Of a stretch of 64,000 bases of DNA, positions 54,858-64,000 are shown piece by piece. Source of the stretch: Leucobacter sp. GTDB taxonomy: Bacteria > Actinomycetota > Actinomycetes > Actinomycetales > Microbacteriaceae. The number at the start of each line of letters is the position of its first letter. Positions within the stretch are counted from its first letter, which is position 1. The translations under genes and the position numbers were made by a program. The DNA is taken from NCBI GenBank assembly GCA_048516985.1, contig CP183188.1:179630-243629 (forward strand), read 5' to 3'. The notes below the pieces were generated by a model. That model was not told where the DNA came from, ran no database searches, and saw only the letters and a list, made by a program, of their open reading frames with translations.

Positions 54858-56619
54858 ATGAAGGGTTTCCTTTCTTCAGTGTGAGTGCTCGTTGGACTCG
54901 ATGGAAGCGGAACCCCCTGAGCAGGCGGGCACCGCTGACGGACAGGACCCATGCGAGCGCTCCGACGACCGCAACGCTGAGCATGAGCAGGATGAAGAGG
55001 GCGGCGGCCTCGGAGGCGTAGCCCTGGCGGTAAGTGGCGTACGCCTGCACGGCGACCGTCTGCATGGTCGGCGAGGAGAGGAGGATCGGCAGACTCAGAT
55101 TTCCCGAGATTCCGATTCCGGCGATGAACCAGCCCGCGAGGAAGCTCGGAAGCACCAGCGGCACCACGACCGTGAAGAAGGTCGTCACCTTCGAACCGCC
55201 GGATATCCGGGCGGACTCCTCGAGCTCGGCCGAGATCTGCAGCACGCCCCCCTCGATAGCGCGCGTCGCGATCGGCGTCACGACGACCACGAAGCCCAGC
55301 AGCAGCATCAGCGGCGTGCCGATCAGGGTTCGGAGGCCGGGCACCGGGAGATAGGCCGTGATCAGGGCCAGCCCGACGAGCACGCCCGGTATGGCGACCG
55401 GGGCCCAGCTCACCGCCGCGACGAGGAAGCGTGTGAATCGTCCGCCGTGCGCGCCGAGGTGGCTGATCAGCAGAGCGATGGCGGCGGCGATGAAACCGCC
55501 GATGGTCGCGATGAGCAGCGTGAAGGCGATCAGCTGGCCGGTACGCGGGTTGTCGAGCAGCGTCGCGTAGTTGCTCGTCGTGAACCCGAGCGAGACGCCG
55601 AACATGGGCTGGAACGATCCGAGGATCATCTGCACCAGCGGGATCACACCGGCCCACAGCGCGACGATCACGAACACAGCGGTGAACACCCACTGGATGC
55701 GGCCGTAGTTCTTCGGCTCCGGCCGGAATCCCTTCCCGGTGATCGTCGAGAATCGTCGGCCGCGCAGCAGCAGGGATCTGATGATGACCAGTGCGACGAC
55801 GAGGACGAGGAGGATGAGCGCGAGGCTGCTCGCGCCGGCGTAGTCCGGCACGGCCTCCTGGGCCGTGAGGGTGGTGTACACCGCGGTGGAGAACACATGG
55901 ATGTCGGCCGGGATACCGAAGAGGAGCGGCAGTTCGAACGCGCTGAAGCCGTAGGAGACCATAAGGACGAATACGCCGAACATGGTCGGCCGCAGCAGAG
56001 GGAGCGTGACCGTGAAGAACGCACCGGCCCGGCTCGCCCCGCTCATTCTCGCAGCGTCGTCGAGTGCGGCGTCCATTCTGGTCATCGGCCCCATCATGAA
56101 GAGGTAGCCGACCGGCACCACGTAGCCGATGACCACCAGCATCATGATCGGCCAGCCCGAGCCGAAGGGCGAACCGGTGATGCCGAATAGCTCCCGCAGC
56201 AGGACGTTCAGCGGCGCCGCGTTGCCGTTGGCGACCAGATACCAGCCGAGTCCATAGAACAGTGGAGGGATGACGAGCATGACGGCCATGACCGGCGTCA
56301 TCCATCGACGCAGCGGTGACGTGGTCCGCACCGCCACCCAGGCGAGGAACGTACCGATCGCGAGCGCGCCGAGGCTTGAGCCCGCAGAGAGGATGATCGA
56401 GTTGAGGGAGACTCGCCAGGTTCTCGGGTCCGCCATCGTCTCGAGGAACGGAGCAAGGCTCCAGGCGCCCTGGCCGGCGAGGTTGCCCACCCGGAACGCA
56501 GAGATCGCCATTCCGAGGGGAGGCAGCAGGAAGAGCACGAAGAGCAGGACCGCCGAGACGAGCAGAAGTAGTCTGCTGAAGAGGCGCTCGCCGCGCCAGC
56601 TCGCTGGAAGCCGCCTCAT
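54850..56619 (-). CDS. ABC transporter permease with two fused permease domains (FbpB/ThiP-like)
   Basis: 589 aa from ATG 56619 (ATGA overlap with the ATPase stop). About 12 TM helices and two EAA-like loops (DDAARMSGASRAGAFF; EESARISGGSKVTTFF). Confidence 0.8.
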   Translation of the reverse strand: MRRLPASWRGERLFSRLLLLVSAVLLFVLFLLPPLGMAISAFRVGNLAGQGAWSLAPFLETMADPRTWRVSLNSIILSAGSSLGALAIGTFLAWVAVRTTSPLRRWMTPVMAVMLVIPPLFYGLGWYLVANGNAAPLNVLLRELFGITGSPFGSGWPIMMLVVIGYVVPVGYLFMMGPMTRMDAALDDAARMSGASRAGAFFTVTLPLLRPTMFGVFVLMVSYGFSAFELPLLFGIPADIHVFSTAVYTTLTAQEAVPDYAGASSLALILLVLVVALVIIRSLLLRGRRFSTITGKGFRPEPKNYGRIQWVFTAVFVIVALWAGVIPLVQMILGSFQPMFGVSLGFTTSNYATLLDNPRTGQLIAFTLLIATIGGFIAAAIALLISHLGAHGGRFTRFLVAAVSWAPVAIPGVLVGLALITAYLPVPGLRTLIGTPLMLLLGFVVVVTPIATRAIEGGVLQISAELEESARISGGSKVTTFFTVVVPLVLPSFLAGWFIAGIGISGNLSLPILLSSPTMQTVAVQAYATYRQGYASEAAALFILLMLSVAVVGALAWVLSVSGARLLRGFRFHRVQRALTLKKGNPSYV

Positions 56620-57788
56620 CACACCACCGCCTCTGCGACCGTAGGGTCGGCGTGCACCGGAGTCTGTGGTGCCCCCACCGGAATGATCGAGCACAGCTCC
56701 GCATCGATGCTCACACGCACACTCGCCCCGATCTCTCGCCGCATGCGGTGCTGGTGGTAGTCGCGTTCCGATTCCGCGACACGGAGAACGGTGTCGTGTG
56801 CGCGGATCTTGAACTCGTTGCGCGAGCCGAGGAAGTCGAGCTGCTCGACGACGCCGGTGAGCTCGAGCCGGCCCTCAGTGGAGGCCGGCTCGGTACCGAT
56901 GTCGGCATTCGCGGATCGGAACGCGAGGATCACGCTGTCTCCGAGCGCCGCCGACCCGGTCAGCGACTCCCGCGGCAGCGTCACCACGGCGCCCGCGGTG
57001 TCGAGGGAGAGGGTGATCTGATCCCGGAACAGATCGGTGACGATTCCGGGCAGCAGGTTCTCGAACCCCACGAACTTCGCCACGAACTCGTTTGTCGGCT
57101 TGGCGAAGATCTCGGAGGGCGAGCCCGATTGCTCGAGAAGCCCGGCCTGCATGATGATGACGCGATCCGAGAGGTGCATCGCCTCCTCGAGATCGTGCGT
57201 CACATAGATCGAGGTGGTCTCGTTGCGACGGTGGGTGCGCAGGATCTCATCCCGCACCTGGCGCCGTAACGAGGGGTCGAGGTTCGACAGTGGCTCGTCG
57301 TAGAGGAGCAGATCCGGCCGGCTCACGATGGCCCGGGCCAGGGCCACCCGCTGCTGCTGGCCGCCCGAGAGGGAGGTCGCGGGCCGCGCACCGAACTCCG
57401 CGAGCCCCACCGTCTCCAGCACTTCGATGGCCCGTGAGACGGCCTCCCTGCCCCGCACCTTCCTGCGCTTCAGCGGATACATCACGGTCTCGAGCACGGT
57501 GAGATGCGGCCAGAGCGCATAACTCTGGAAGACCATTCCCGTGCGACGTCTCTCCGGCTGCACATCGATACGACGGTCACTGTCGTAGACGACGTGGTCT
57601 CCGATGGAGATATGCCCGGATGTCGGCGTCTCCAAACCCGCGATGCACCTCAACGTCGTGGTCTTCCCGCAGCCGCTCTGTCCGAGGAGCGTCACGAACT
57701 CGCCCTGCTGCGCGAGGAGGCCGGCTCCCCGGATCGCGCGGTAGTCGCCGAACCGCTTCTCGAGACTGCGCACGGTTACTGATGACAC
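56619..57788 (-). CDS. ABC transporter ATP-binding protein (PotA/FbpC-like with a C-terminal TOBE-type domain)
   Basis: 389 aa from GTG 57788 (RBS GAAGGAG). Walker A GQSGCGKTT, signature LSGGQQQRVALARA, Walker B LLLYDEPLS. Confidence 0.85.
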   Translation of the reverse strand: MSSVTVRSLEKRFGDYRAIRGAGLLAQQGEFVTLLGQSGCGKTTTLRCIAGLETPTSGHISIGDHVVYDSDRRIDVQPERRRTGMVFQSYALWPHLTVLETVMYPLKRRKVRGREAVSRAIEVLETVGLAEFGARPATSLSGGQQQRVALARAIVSRPDLLLYDEPLSNLDPSLRRQVRDEILRTHRRNETTSIYVTHDLEEAMHLSDRVIIMQAGLLEQSGSPSEIFAKPTNEFVAKFVGFENLLPGIVTDLFRDQITLSLDTAGAVVTLPRESLTGSAALGDSVILAFRSANADIGTEPASTEGRLELTGVVEQLDFLGSRNEFKIRAHDTVLRVAESERDYHQHRMRREIGASVRVSIDAELCSIIPVGAPQTPVHADPTVAEAVV

Positions 57789-57821
57789 CCGAAACTCCTT
57801 CGTTTCATCGCTAATCACATT

Positions 57822-57847
57822 ATTAATGACAATTGAAGATTACTAAT
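57822..57847 (-). promoter_or_regulatory. 26-mer ATTAGTAATCTTCAATTGTCATTAAT, copy 2 (on the minus strand)
   Basis: The plus strand reads ATTAATGACAATTGAAGATTACTAAT. It lies 33 nt upstream of GTG 57788 of the ABC operon, in the region divergent from the esterase gene. Confidence 0.55.
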
Positions 57848-57948
57848 ATAGTTTCGACTACGCAAGACCGGTGCTCGAAAGAGACGCGGGCGACGCCCAC
57901 CGACACACCGTCCCGGCGTCGACACAGGCCGAAGAGGAGGATCCAGGC

Positions 57949-59508
57949 ATGGTCGGACAGAAGATCGCACTCAGCACGGGAGACGTGCGCGGAACCGCAG
58001 CGGATCGCCGGAACGGCGTGCGCGCCTTCCTCGGCATCCCCTACGCGCAGCCTCCGCTCGGACCCCGCCGGTGGCGTCCACCAGTGCCCGCCGCGCCGTG
58101 GGGGGAGGTACGGGATGCTACCCGCTTCGGTCCGAGCGCGCCCACCGCCCTGCCCAGCCCCGCGCAGGAGCACGAGGACTGCCTGTACGTGAATGTCTGG
58201 ACCTCGGCGAGCACACCGGAGCAGCGGGCACCCGTCATGGTCTGGATTCCCGGAGGCGGATTCCAGGAATCGAACTCCGCGCGCCCGAACATTGACGGAA
58301 GCCGTCTCGCAGGCCTCGGCGCGGTGATCGTGAGCTTCAACTACCGGGCGGGCGTGCTCGGATTCCTGGCCCACCCCGAGCTCGACGCAGAGGGAACCCC
58401 TTCCGGGAACTTCGGGCTCCAGGATCAGATCCAGGCGCTGCGCTGGGTACGCGAGAACATCGCGGTCTTCGGCGGCGATCCCGGCAATGTGACGATCTTC
58501 GGCGAATCCGCGGGCGCGGCGTCCGTGGCCCTGCTCATGGCGTCGCCTCTCGCCCGAGGCCTCTTCCACCGAGCCATCGGTCAGAGCAGCGGATACTGGG
58601 AATCGATCCACGGGTCACTGCCGACCGCTGTCGAGGCCCGCTCGAAGGGCGCCGGGCTGCTCGAAGACCTCGATGTCGCCGACATCGAGGAGGCCCGCAG
58701 GATTCCGGTAGAAGAGCTCATGAGCGTCGCGGGATGGTCTCCTCCGAAGGACCCGCTGCGGTACGGCTTCTCCCCCAGCGTCGACGGCTTCGTCGTCCCG
58801 GACCATCCTATGGCCGTCTTCGCCGCTGGACGGCAGAGCGATGTGCCGCTGCTCGCCGGCTGGAATGCGGCCGAGGGCGCCACCTTCCTCCCCTTCGAGC
58901 CGTGGCTCGCGGAGAGCTCCACGCTTCCGGTCGCATTCGAGCGGCTCTTCGGCGATCGCGCGAACGACGGCCGCACCCGATACCCCGTCGGCACCGAGGA
59001 TGAGGCGCAAGCCACGGCGCTCGCCCTCGCCGGCGACGCCTATGTGGCCGAGGCGACCTGGTCCTGGATCCAGGATCATCGGCGGACCGGGACCGCTCCC
59101 GTGTACGCCTACCACTTCGACCTCAGGACCGACTACACACCCGTGTCCAGGCACGCGGTCGACATCGACTACGTCTTCGGCATGCTCGGCCCGCACTGGC
59201 TGAGCCCACCATCGGGCGAGCCCGATGCGCTCGACCGGGAAGTCTCCCGCCTCATGTCGGCGTACTGGGTGAACTTCGCACGGAACGGAGACCCGAATGG
59301 CGAGGGGCTTCCCCCGTGGCCGGAACACTGCGCCGACGATCAGCTCTTCATGGTGCTGTGCACCGAAAGCCGCGCGGAACCGCTGCGATCGGAGACGGAT
59401 CGGCTCGAGTTCCTCCGCAGCCTCCGCGGGGCGGACTTCCGCAGACCCGGGAGCTGGCGGTCGGCCTCGGCCGCACCTCCCGCGACTCCACCGAGTCCCG
59501 CGCGATGA
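57949..59508 (+). CDS. Carboxylesterase type B (para-nitrobenzyl esterase-like)
   Basis: 519 aa from ATG 57949 (RBS GAGGAGGA). FLGIPYAQPP, EDCLYVNVW, nucleophile elbow GESAGAAS. Confidence 0.85.
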   Translation: MVGQKIALSTGDVRGTAADRRNGVRAFLGIPYAQPPLGPRRWRPPVPAAPWGEVRDATRFGPSAPTALPSPAQEHEDCLYVNVWTSASTPEQRAPVMVWIPGGGFQESNSARPNIDGSRLAGLGAVIVSFNYRAGVLGFLAHPELDAEGTPSGNFGLQDQIQALRWVRENIAVFGGDPGNVTIFGESAGAASVALLMASPLARGLFHRAIGQSSGYWESIHGSLPTAVEARSKGAGLLEDLDVADIEEARRIPVEELMSVAGWSPPKDPLRYGFSPSVDGFVVPDHPMAVFAAGRQSDVPLLAGWNAAEGATFLPFEPWLAESSTLPVAFERLFGDRANDGRTRYPVGTEDEAQATALALAGDAYVAEATWSWIQDHRRTGTAPVYAYHFDLRTDYTPVSRHAVDIDYVFGMLGPHWLSPPSGEPDALDREVSRLMSAYWVNFARNGDPNGEGLPPWPEHCADDQLFMVLCTESRAEPLRSETDRLEFLRSLRGADFRRPGSWRSASAAPPATPPSPAR

Positions 59509-59610
59509 TCGACCGCCTCGCCGGGGGGATCTCGCGGCTCCGGAGCGGATCCGGGCTCAGCGGGCGCGGTGGCGTCTCCGCGGCCCGACACTGCGCTCGC
59601 CCGGCGACGC

Positions 59611-60744
59611 TCAACCGTCCGCCTCAACCCCGTCGAAGGAGATCATCTGCCGGATCGCCCGCCCCTCGTGCAGCACGTCGAGCGCTTCGTTCAGCTGATC
59701 GAGGGGCATGGTCACGGTCGTGAGCTTCTCCACCGGCAGCCGGCCCTCCCGCCACAGCTGCTCGTAGAACGGGATGTCACGCGCCGGTACCGCTGAGCCG
59801 AGATAGCACCCGACAATGGATCTGGCTTCGGCGGTGATCCCGAGTGGCTCGATCGTAGCGGTCGCGCCGGGTGCGGGAAGGCCTGCGGTGACCGTGACCC
59901 CGCCAGGCGCCGTCAGCGCCACGGCGGTCTCGAAGGCGCGCGGATGCCCCGCCGCCTCCACCACCACGGCGGCACGCAGCCCGCGATCGAGCGCATCGGC
60001 CGAGGAAAAGGCCTCATGGGCGCCCATCGCCAGGGCGGCCTCCAGCTTCTCCGGATTGGCGTCGACGCCGATGACGCGCCCGCCGGCCGCGGCCGTGATG
60101 GAGAGACCGGTGAGAAGTGCGGCCATTCCGACGCCACCGAGACCGACGACGATGAGATCCTGCCCCGGCTGCAGCGCCCCGGCATTCTTCACCGCCCCTC
60201 CACCGGTGAGCACGGCACAGCCCAGCACCGCTGCGATCGCCGGCGGAACATCCGCACCGACCGGCACCACGGAGCGACGATCGACGACGGCATGGGTGGC
60301 GAAGCCGGACACCCCGAGATGGTGGTTGACCCGCTCGCCCTCTCGGCTGAGTCTCGAGCCACCGCCGGGAAGATCCCCCGCCGCGTTGCTCAGACTCCCG
60401 GTGGCGCACGGCAGCCGCCCTCCGGTACGACAGGCGTCGCAGTTCTCGCAGCGCGGTAGGAAGACTGTGACGACCCGCTGACCGGGCGTGAGATCCTGCA
60501 CCTCGGCACCGACGGCCTCGACGATGCCCGCGGCCTCGTGGCCCAGCAGCATCGGCATCGGACGGGGGCGGCTTCCGTTGACCACCGAGAGATCGGAGTG
60601 GCACAGCCCTGCCGCCTCGATGCGTACCAGGACCTCGGTGGGACCCGGATCCGCAAGATCGAGTTCGAGGAACTCGATCGGAGCGCTCTGCGCATAGGGG
60701 GCGCTCACGCCCATCCGCGTGAGAACGGCACCCGTGATCTTCAT
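59611..60744 (-). CDS. Zn-dependent alcohol dehydrogenase (MDR family)
   Basis: 377 aa with GLCHSD, GHEAAGIV, CENCDAC and GLGGVG. Confidence 0.85.
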   Translation of the reverse strand: MKITGAVLTRMGVSAPYAQSAPIEFLELDLADPGPTEVLVRIEAAGLCHSDLSVVNGSRPRPMPMLLGHEAAGIVEAVGAEVQDLTPGQRVVTVFLPRCENCDACRTGGRLPCATGSLSNAAGDLPGGGSRLSREGERVNHHLGVSGFATHAVVDRRSVVPVGADVPPAIAAVLGCAVLTGGGAVKNAGALQPGQDLIVVGLGGVGMAALLTGLSITAAAGGRVIGVDANPEKLEAALAMGAHEAFSSADALDRGLRAAVVVEAAGHPRAFETAVALTAPGGVTVTAGLPAPGATATIEPLGITAEARSIVGCYLGSAVPARDIPFYEQLWREGRLPVEKLTTVTMPLDQLNEALDVLHEGRAIRQMISFDGVEADG

Positions 60745-60883
60745 GAGCTTGGCTTCTTTCGTTCGGATAGGGACAGGGATTCGGGCAGGGCCGGAGATTC
60801 GAGTCCGAGCGGAGGTGTGGTCCGGGCGTCGGCCGGTGATCGCCTCGCACCCTCCTCGTGCACGACGTCTTCCTGGCCCGGTG

Positions 60884-61345
60884 TCAGCGGGACAGCGTCG
60901 TGTCGAGCAGCGCCCGGACCTCCGCCGGGATCCGGCTCGGCGCCCGCGTCAGCGGGTCGATGTACACGTGGACGAACTTCGCCACGGCGATGACCGGCCG
61001 GTCTTCCACGAAGAAGCCGAGCTCGTATTGGACACTCGAGGTGCCCACCCGCTGCACCCGGATGCCGATCTCCAGCGCGCTGGGAAAATGCAGTTCGTGG
61101 AAATATCTGCAGCCCGTCTCGACGACGACGCTAAGGGCGTCGAGGGAGCTGATCTGTGTGCCGAGCTCTTCCTGCAGCCATCCGCAGATCGCCGTGTCCA
61201 TGAGCGAGTAGTGCACCGCATTGTTGACATGTCCGAAGACGTCGACATCGGCCCACCGCAGCGGGACCGGACGAATCACCGCGTAATCTTCACGCGCGCG
61301 CGTCCGAGGATCGCCTCCCGCATCATCCATGCTTGCCTCGTTCAT
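60884..61345 (-). CDS. Acyl-CoA thioesterase (4HBT/YbgC-like hotdog fold)
   Basis: 153 aa with VPLRWADVDVFGHVNNAVHYSLMD. Confidence 0.75.
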   Translation of the reverse strand: MNEASMDDAGGDPRTRAREDYAVIRPVPLRWADVDVFGHVNNAVHYSLMDTAICGWLQEELGTQISSLDALSVVVETGCRYFHELHFPSALEIGIRVQRVGTSSVQYELGFFVEDRPVIAVAKFVHVYIDPLTRAPSRIPAEVRALLDTTLSR

Positions 61346-61377
61346 CCCTGGATCGACTTATCGCCAGCCTACCCGCC

Positions 61378-62370
61378 TCAGCTATTCACTGCGGGGCGCT
61401 GCGCGGGCCGGAATCGCTCGATGAGCTGCCTGACCCCGCCGAGCAGACCGCCCGGCAGCAGGGTGATGAGCACGATCATCAACAGGCCCGAGATCACCAG
61501 GTTGATATAGGGGAGACCCTGCAGCAGCACGGTGAGGCAGTAGTAGATGATCACCGCACCGATGACTGGCCCCCAGACAGTGCCCAGGCCACCGATCACC
61601 GCCATCACGATGAAGCTGATGGTCCAATCCAGGCTGAATGCCGAGAAGGGCTCGACCGAGCCGACCTGCCAGGCGATCAGCGCGCCGATCGCTCCCATGA
61701 TTCCGCCGGAGATCACCATGGCACGGAGCTTCGTCCAGAAGGGCGAGACGCCGAGACTGTCGGCGACTTCCTGGTCATCGCGCACCGATCGCAAGCGGAG
61801 CCCGAACCGGGAGTGCTTCACGAGCAGCGAGATCCCGATGGCGACGACCACGATGGCCACCGCGTAGAGGAACTGCTCGGGTCTGCGCGGAACCAGGCTG
61901 CCGATGCCGCTGGTGTTCTGGGATCCCCCGGTGAACTCCCAAATGGTCATCCACGCCAGGATGGCCATACTCACCGCGAGCGATGCGATGGCGAAGAGAA
62001 TACCCCGCAGCGTGAACAGAAACGCGCCGACGATCAACGACAGCACCACACCGACGGCGATCGACAGGAGCAGCGCGGGGAAGGCCGAAAGGCCCAGCGG
62101 CTCGCGAGTGACCATGATGGCCATATAGGAGCCAGCGCCGACGAACGCCGCGTGCACCAGCGAGAACTGACCACCCATACCGCCGATGATGTTCCAACCG
62201 ACCGCGCCAGCGATGTAGATGGAGAGGGAGATGAGCACGTCCATGGTGCGCTGACTCATCGACGAGCTCAGCACCAGGACGATCACGCCGCCGAGGACGA
62301 GGAGCAGCCAGGACCAGGCACCGGGTGCTCTCCGGGAGACACCGGTGACGAAGGATCCGATCGCGTTCAT
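61378..62370 (-). CDS. Branched-chain amino acid ABC transporter permease (LivM-like)
   Basis: 330 aa, polytopic, GGQFSLVHAAFVGAGSY. 4-bp overlap with the upstream permease. Confidence 0.8.
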   Translation of the reverse strand: MNAIGSFVTGVSRRAPGAWSWLLLVLGGVIVLVLSSSMSQRTMDVLISLSIYIAGAVGWNIIGGMGGQFSLVHAAFVGAGSYMAIMVTREPLGLSAFPALLLSIAVGVVLSLIVGAFLFTLRGILFAIASLAVSMAILAWMTIWEFTGGSQNTSGIGSLVPRRPEQFLYAVAIVVVAIGISLLVKHSRFGLRLRSVRDDQEVADSLGVSPFWTKLRAMVISGGIMGAIGALIAWQVGSVEPFSAFSLDWTISFIVMAVIGGLGTVWGPVIGAVIIYYCLTVLLQGLPYINLVISGLLMIVLITLLPGGLLGGVRQLIERFRPAQRPAVNS

Positions 62371-63278
62371 GCGGAAGTCCTCTCGAGCTGAATGCGCCGT
62401 TGCGCCGTCGCCTCACGCGAGCGCTTGATGGCCCGCGTGATCAGCGGGACGATGATGAGAATCGCGATGAATGTGACATAGATCACGAGCTCGCGGAACT
62501 CGGTGCCGAAGATCGAGGCTCCGACTGCTTCGATGAGTCCGATGCCGAGACCGGCCCACAGCGTGCCCATCACGCTGCCGAAGCCGCCGAGCACCACCAC
62601 GGTGAAGCCGATAAGCATGTACTTGGCGCCAGAAGAGGGCGAGTAGGCGAAGCCGATGCCCACCAGGATGCCCGCGATCGCGGCGAATGCGGCGGAGACC
62701 GCAAAGGTGAGGGCATACACTCGCTCGACGTTGATACCCATGGTCGACGCCGTCTGCGGATCAACTGCGGAGGCCCGAAGGGCCGATCCCGACTGGGTCT
62801 TGTGCACCACGAAGTAGGTGCCCACGACGAGCACGATGGCGATGAGGGCCGCGAGGATACTACTCATGCGCACGGTGGTCCCCAAGAGTTCGATGCCCTG
62901 TGTGGCGTAGGGCGCGTTCAGCGAGCGCACATTTCCACCGAATGCGATCACGAGGATCGCGACGAGCAGCTGCGAGAGGCCGAAGGTCGCGACCATCGGC
63001 GCTTCCTCGTTCCTGCGCAGCAGGCGGCTGAAGACGTGCCGCTGCAGCGGGTATCCCAGCAGCATCACCACCGGCACCACGATGACGAGGGTGAGGAGAG
63101 GGTCGATGCCGAAGAGTCCCATCACGACCGCGGCGAGGTATGCCCCCACCATCATGAGCTCTCCGTGCGCCAGGTTGACCAGGCGCATGACGCCCGACAA
63201 CAGTGTGAGGCCAAGGCCGATCAGCGCATACAGCGAGCCTGCTAACAGTCCTGACAGGACTACTCCGGCATCAACCAT
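62367..63278 (-). CDS. Branched-chain amino acid ABC transporter permease (LivH-like)
   Basis: 303 aa with VMRLVNLAHGELMMVGAY. Confidence 0.8.
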   Translation of the reverse strand: MVDAGVVLSGLLAGSLYALIGLGLTLLSGVMRLVNLAHGELMMVGAYLAAVVMGLFGIDPLLTLVIVVPVVMLLGYPLQRHVFSRLLRRNEEAPMVATFGLSQLLVAILVIAFGGNVRSLNAPYATQGIELLGTTVRMSSILAALIAIVLVVGTYFVVHKTQSGSALRASAVDPQTASTMGINVERVYALTFAVSAAFAAIAGILVGIGFAYSPSSGAKYMLIGFTVVVLGGFGSVMGTLWAGLGIGLIEAVGASIFGTEFRELVIYVTFIAILIIVPLITRAIKRSREATAQRRIQLERTSA

Positions 63279-63306
63279 TTCTCTCTCCTACTTCCTCAGG
63301 AGGCGT

Positions 63307-64000
63307 TTACTGAAGGCCCTTGACGGGCACGGACAGCGTCACACCGTCGACCTTCGGGAATACCTGCAGCGTGTCGGTGCCGGTCCACTGGGTCGCCACG
63401 ACCTCGATCTTGGAGGCGTGGTTCTCGCCGAACTCGATCACGTCGCCCGAGGGGTAGAGGCCTGAGGTCTTCGCGATTTCCTCATTGATGGCGTCGGGGT
63501 CCAGCGAGCCTGCACGAGCAATCGCGTCGGTGAGCACCTGAGCGGCGGAGTACGCGAGTACGGCTCCCGCAGACTCAACGTTGTAGCCGCCGAGCGAGTC
63601 AGCCCACAGCTCACGCAGTTCGGCACCCTTAGGGTTGTCCGAAGCCTTGAAGTAGTCGGTGATGATGGTGCCCTCGGCGATCTCGCCGAGCTCTCCCGGC
63701 CACGCCAGGCTCGCAGCGGACTTCTCGGCGAAGGCAAGCTTCAGACCCACATTCGCGGCTTTCAGCTGCTTCCACAGCGCCATGGCATCGGGGGGCGTCA
63801 TCTGGGAGATCACGATCTCAGCGCCTGAGGCCTTCAGCTCGTTGATGTACTGCGAGTAGTCAGTGGTGCCCACCGGGAAGGTCGCGCGGTACACGATGTC
63901 GTACCCGAACTCGGGTGCATTCGCCTCCCAGAGACCGCCCATGACGGTGCCGTCCTCGGCGTTGTCGGTAAACAGTGCCACCTTCTTGTTGGTGTCTGCC
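63307..64000 (-). CDS. ABC transporter substrate-binding protein (LivJ/type I PBP-like), C-terminal part; the gene continues past the window end
   Basis: ORF 63307..63981. The frame stays open upstream of the listed GTG (..ADTNKKVALFTDNAEDG..) to position 64000. Confidence 0.75.
   Translation of the reverse strand, partial: ADTNKKVALFTDNAEDGTVMGGLWEANAPEFGYDIVYRATFPVGTTDYSQYINELKASGAEIVISQMTPPDAMALWKQLKAANVGLKLAFAEKSAASLAWPGELGEIAEGTIITDYFKASDNPKGAELRELWADSLGGYNVESAGAVLAYSAAQVLTDAIARAGSLDPDAINEEIAKTSGLYPSGDVIEFGENHASKIEVVATQWTGTDTLQVFPKVDGVTLSVPVKGLQ

Overview
A densely coding chromosomal segment that by eye is about 70% GC. It looks actinobacterial, probably Micrococcales/Microbacteriaceae-like, but that is inference. 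I found about 62 supportable CDS and no rRNA or CRISPR. All calls come from reading the sequence and ORF track and recalling family motifs; no BLAST or HMM search was run, and start codons are my best choice.

Gene content in order:
- 1-13800: nrdH-nrdI-nrdE (nrdE runs off the left edge) with NrdR-box-like palindromes, an NDMA-type Zn alcohol dehydrogenase, an amidase, a DUF3237 protein, rlmH, an AlaA-type aminotransferase, an ABC exporter, an MTH1187/YkoF-like protein, glpK, xthA and trpS.
- 13800-21800: two convergent TetR paralogues, a membrane protein, a serine hydrolase, a divergent pair of MarR-type regulators with Arg/Gly-rich low-complexity regions, yaeQ and amtB-glnK.
- 21900-29800: a LysR-controlled three-gene amino-acid-derivative operon (ornithine cyclodeaminase family, FAD oxidase, M20 amidohydrolase), and an MprF-type aminoacyl-phosphatidylglycerol synthase domain on an unusual N-terminal membrane domain, coupled to a DUF1345 gene.
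- 30000-41800: an FMN riboswitch plus ribD-ribE-ribBA-ribH, a second ABC exporter, a cell-envelope cluster (NodB deacetylase, acyltransferase-3), a DUF2470-(GHPHGxG)n-heme oxygenase fusion, and a beta-lactamase-fold lipoprotein with no SxxK motif.
- 41831-45750: tRNA-Gly(CCC) followed by a decayed 3.8-kb integrative island. It is bounded by a 47-bp direct repeat, its tyrosine integrase is split by an IS3-family element, and it carries a Pro/Gln-rich membrane protein.
- 46000-64000: an aromatic/ester-type catabolic cluster with a flavin reductase, an extradiol dioxygenase, two GntR regulators each paired with an ACAD-fold flavin monooxygenase, an FAH-family protein, an NTF2-like protein, an FbpABC/PotABC-type importer, a carboxylesterase, an ADH and a thioesterase. 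A Liv-type transporter runs off the right edge.

I found no recognisable defence, toxin or secretion system. The most unusual signals:
- A palindromic repeat family sharing GTTCCCAAAGCGATTCGG termini. One copy has perfect 35-bp arms.
- A 36-bp duplication of the rlmH start that creates a coupled upstream ORF.
- An identical 26-mer in front of two separate catabolic transcription units.
- The two regulators with Arg/Gly-rich tails.
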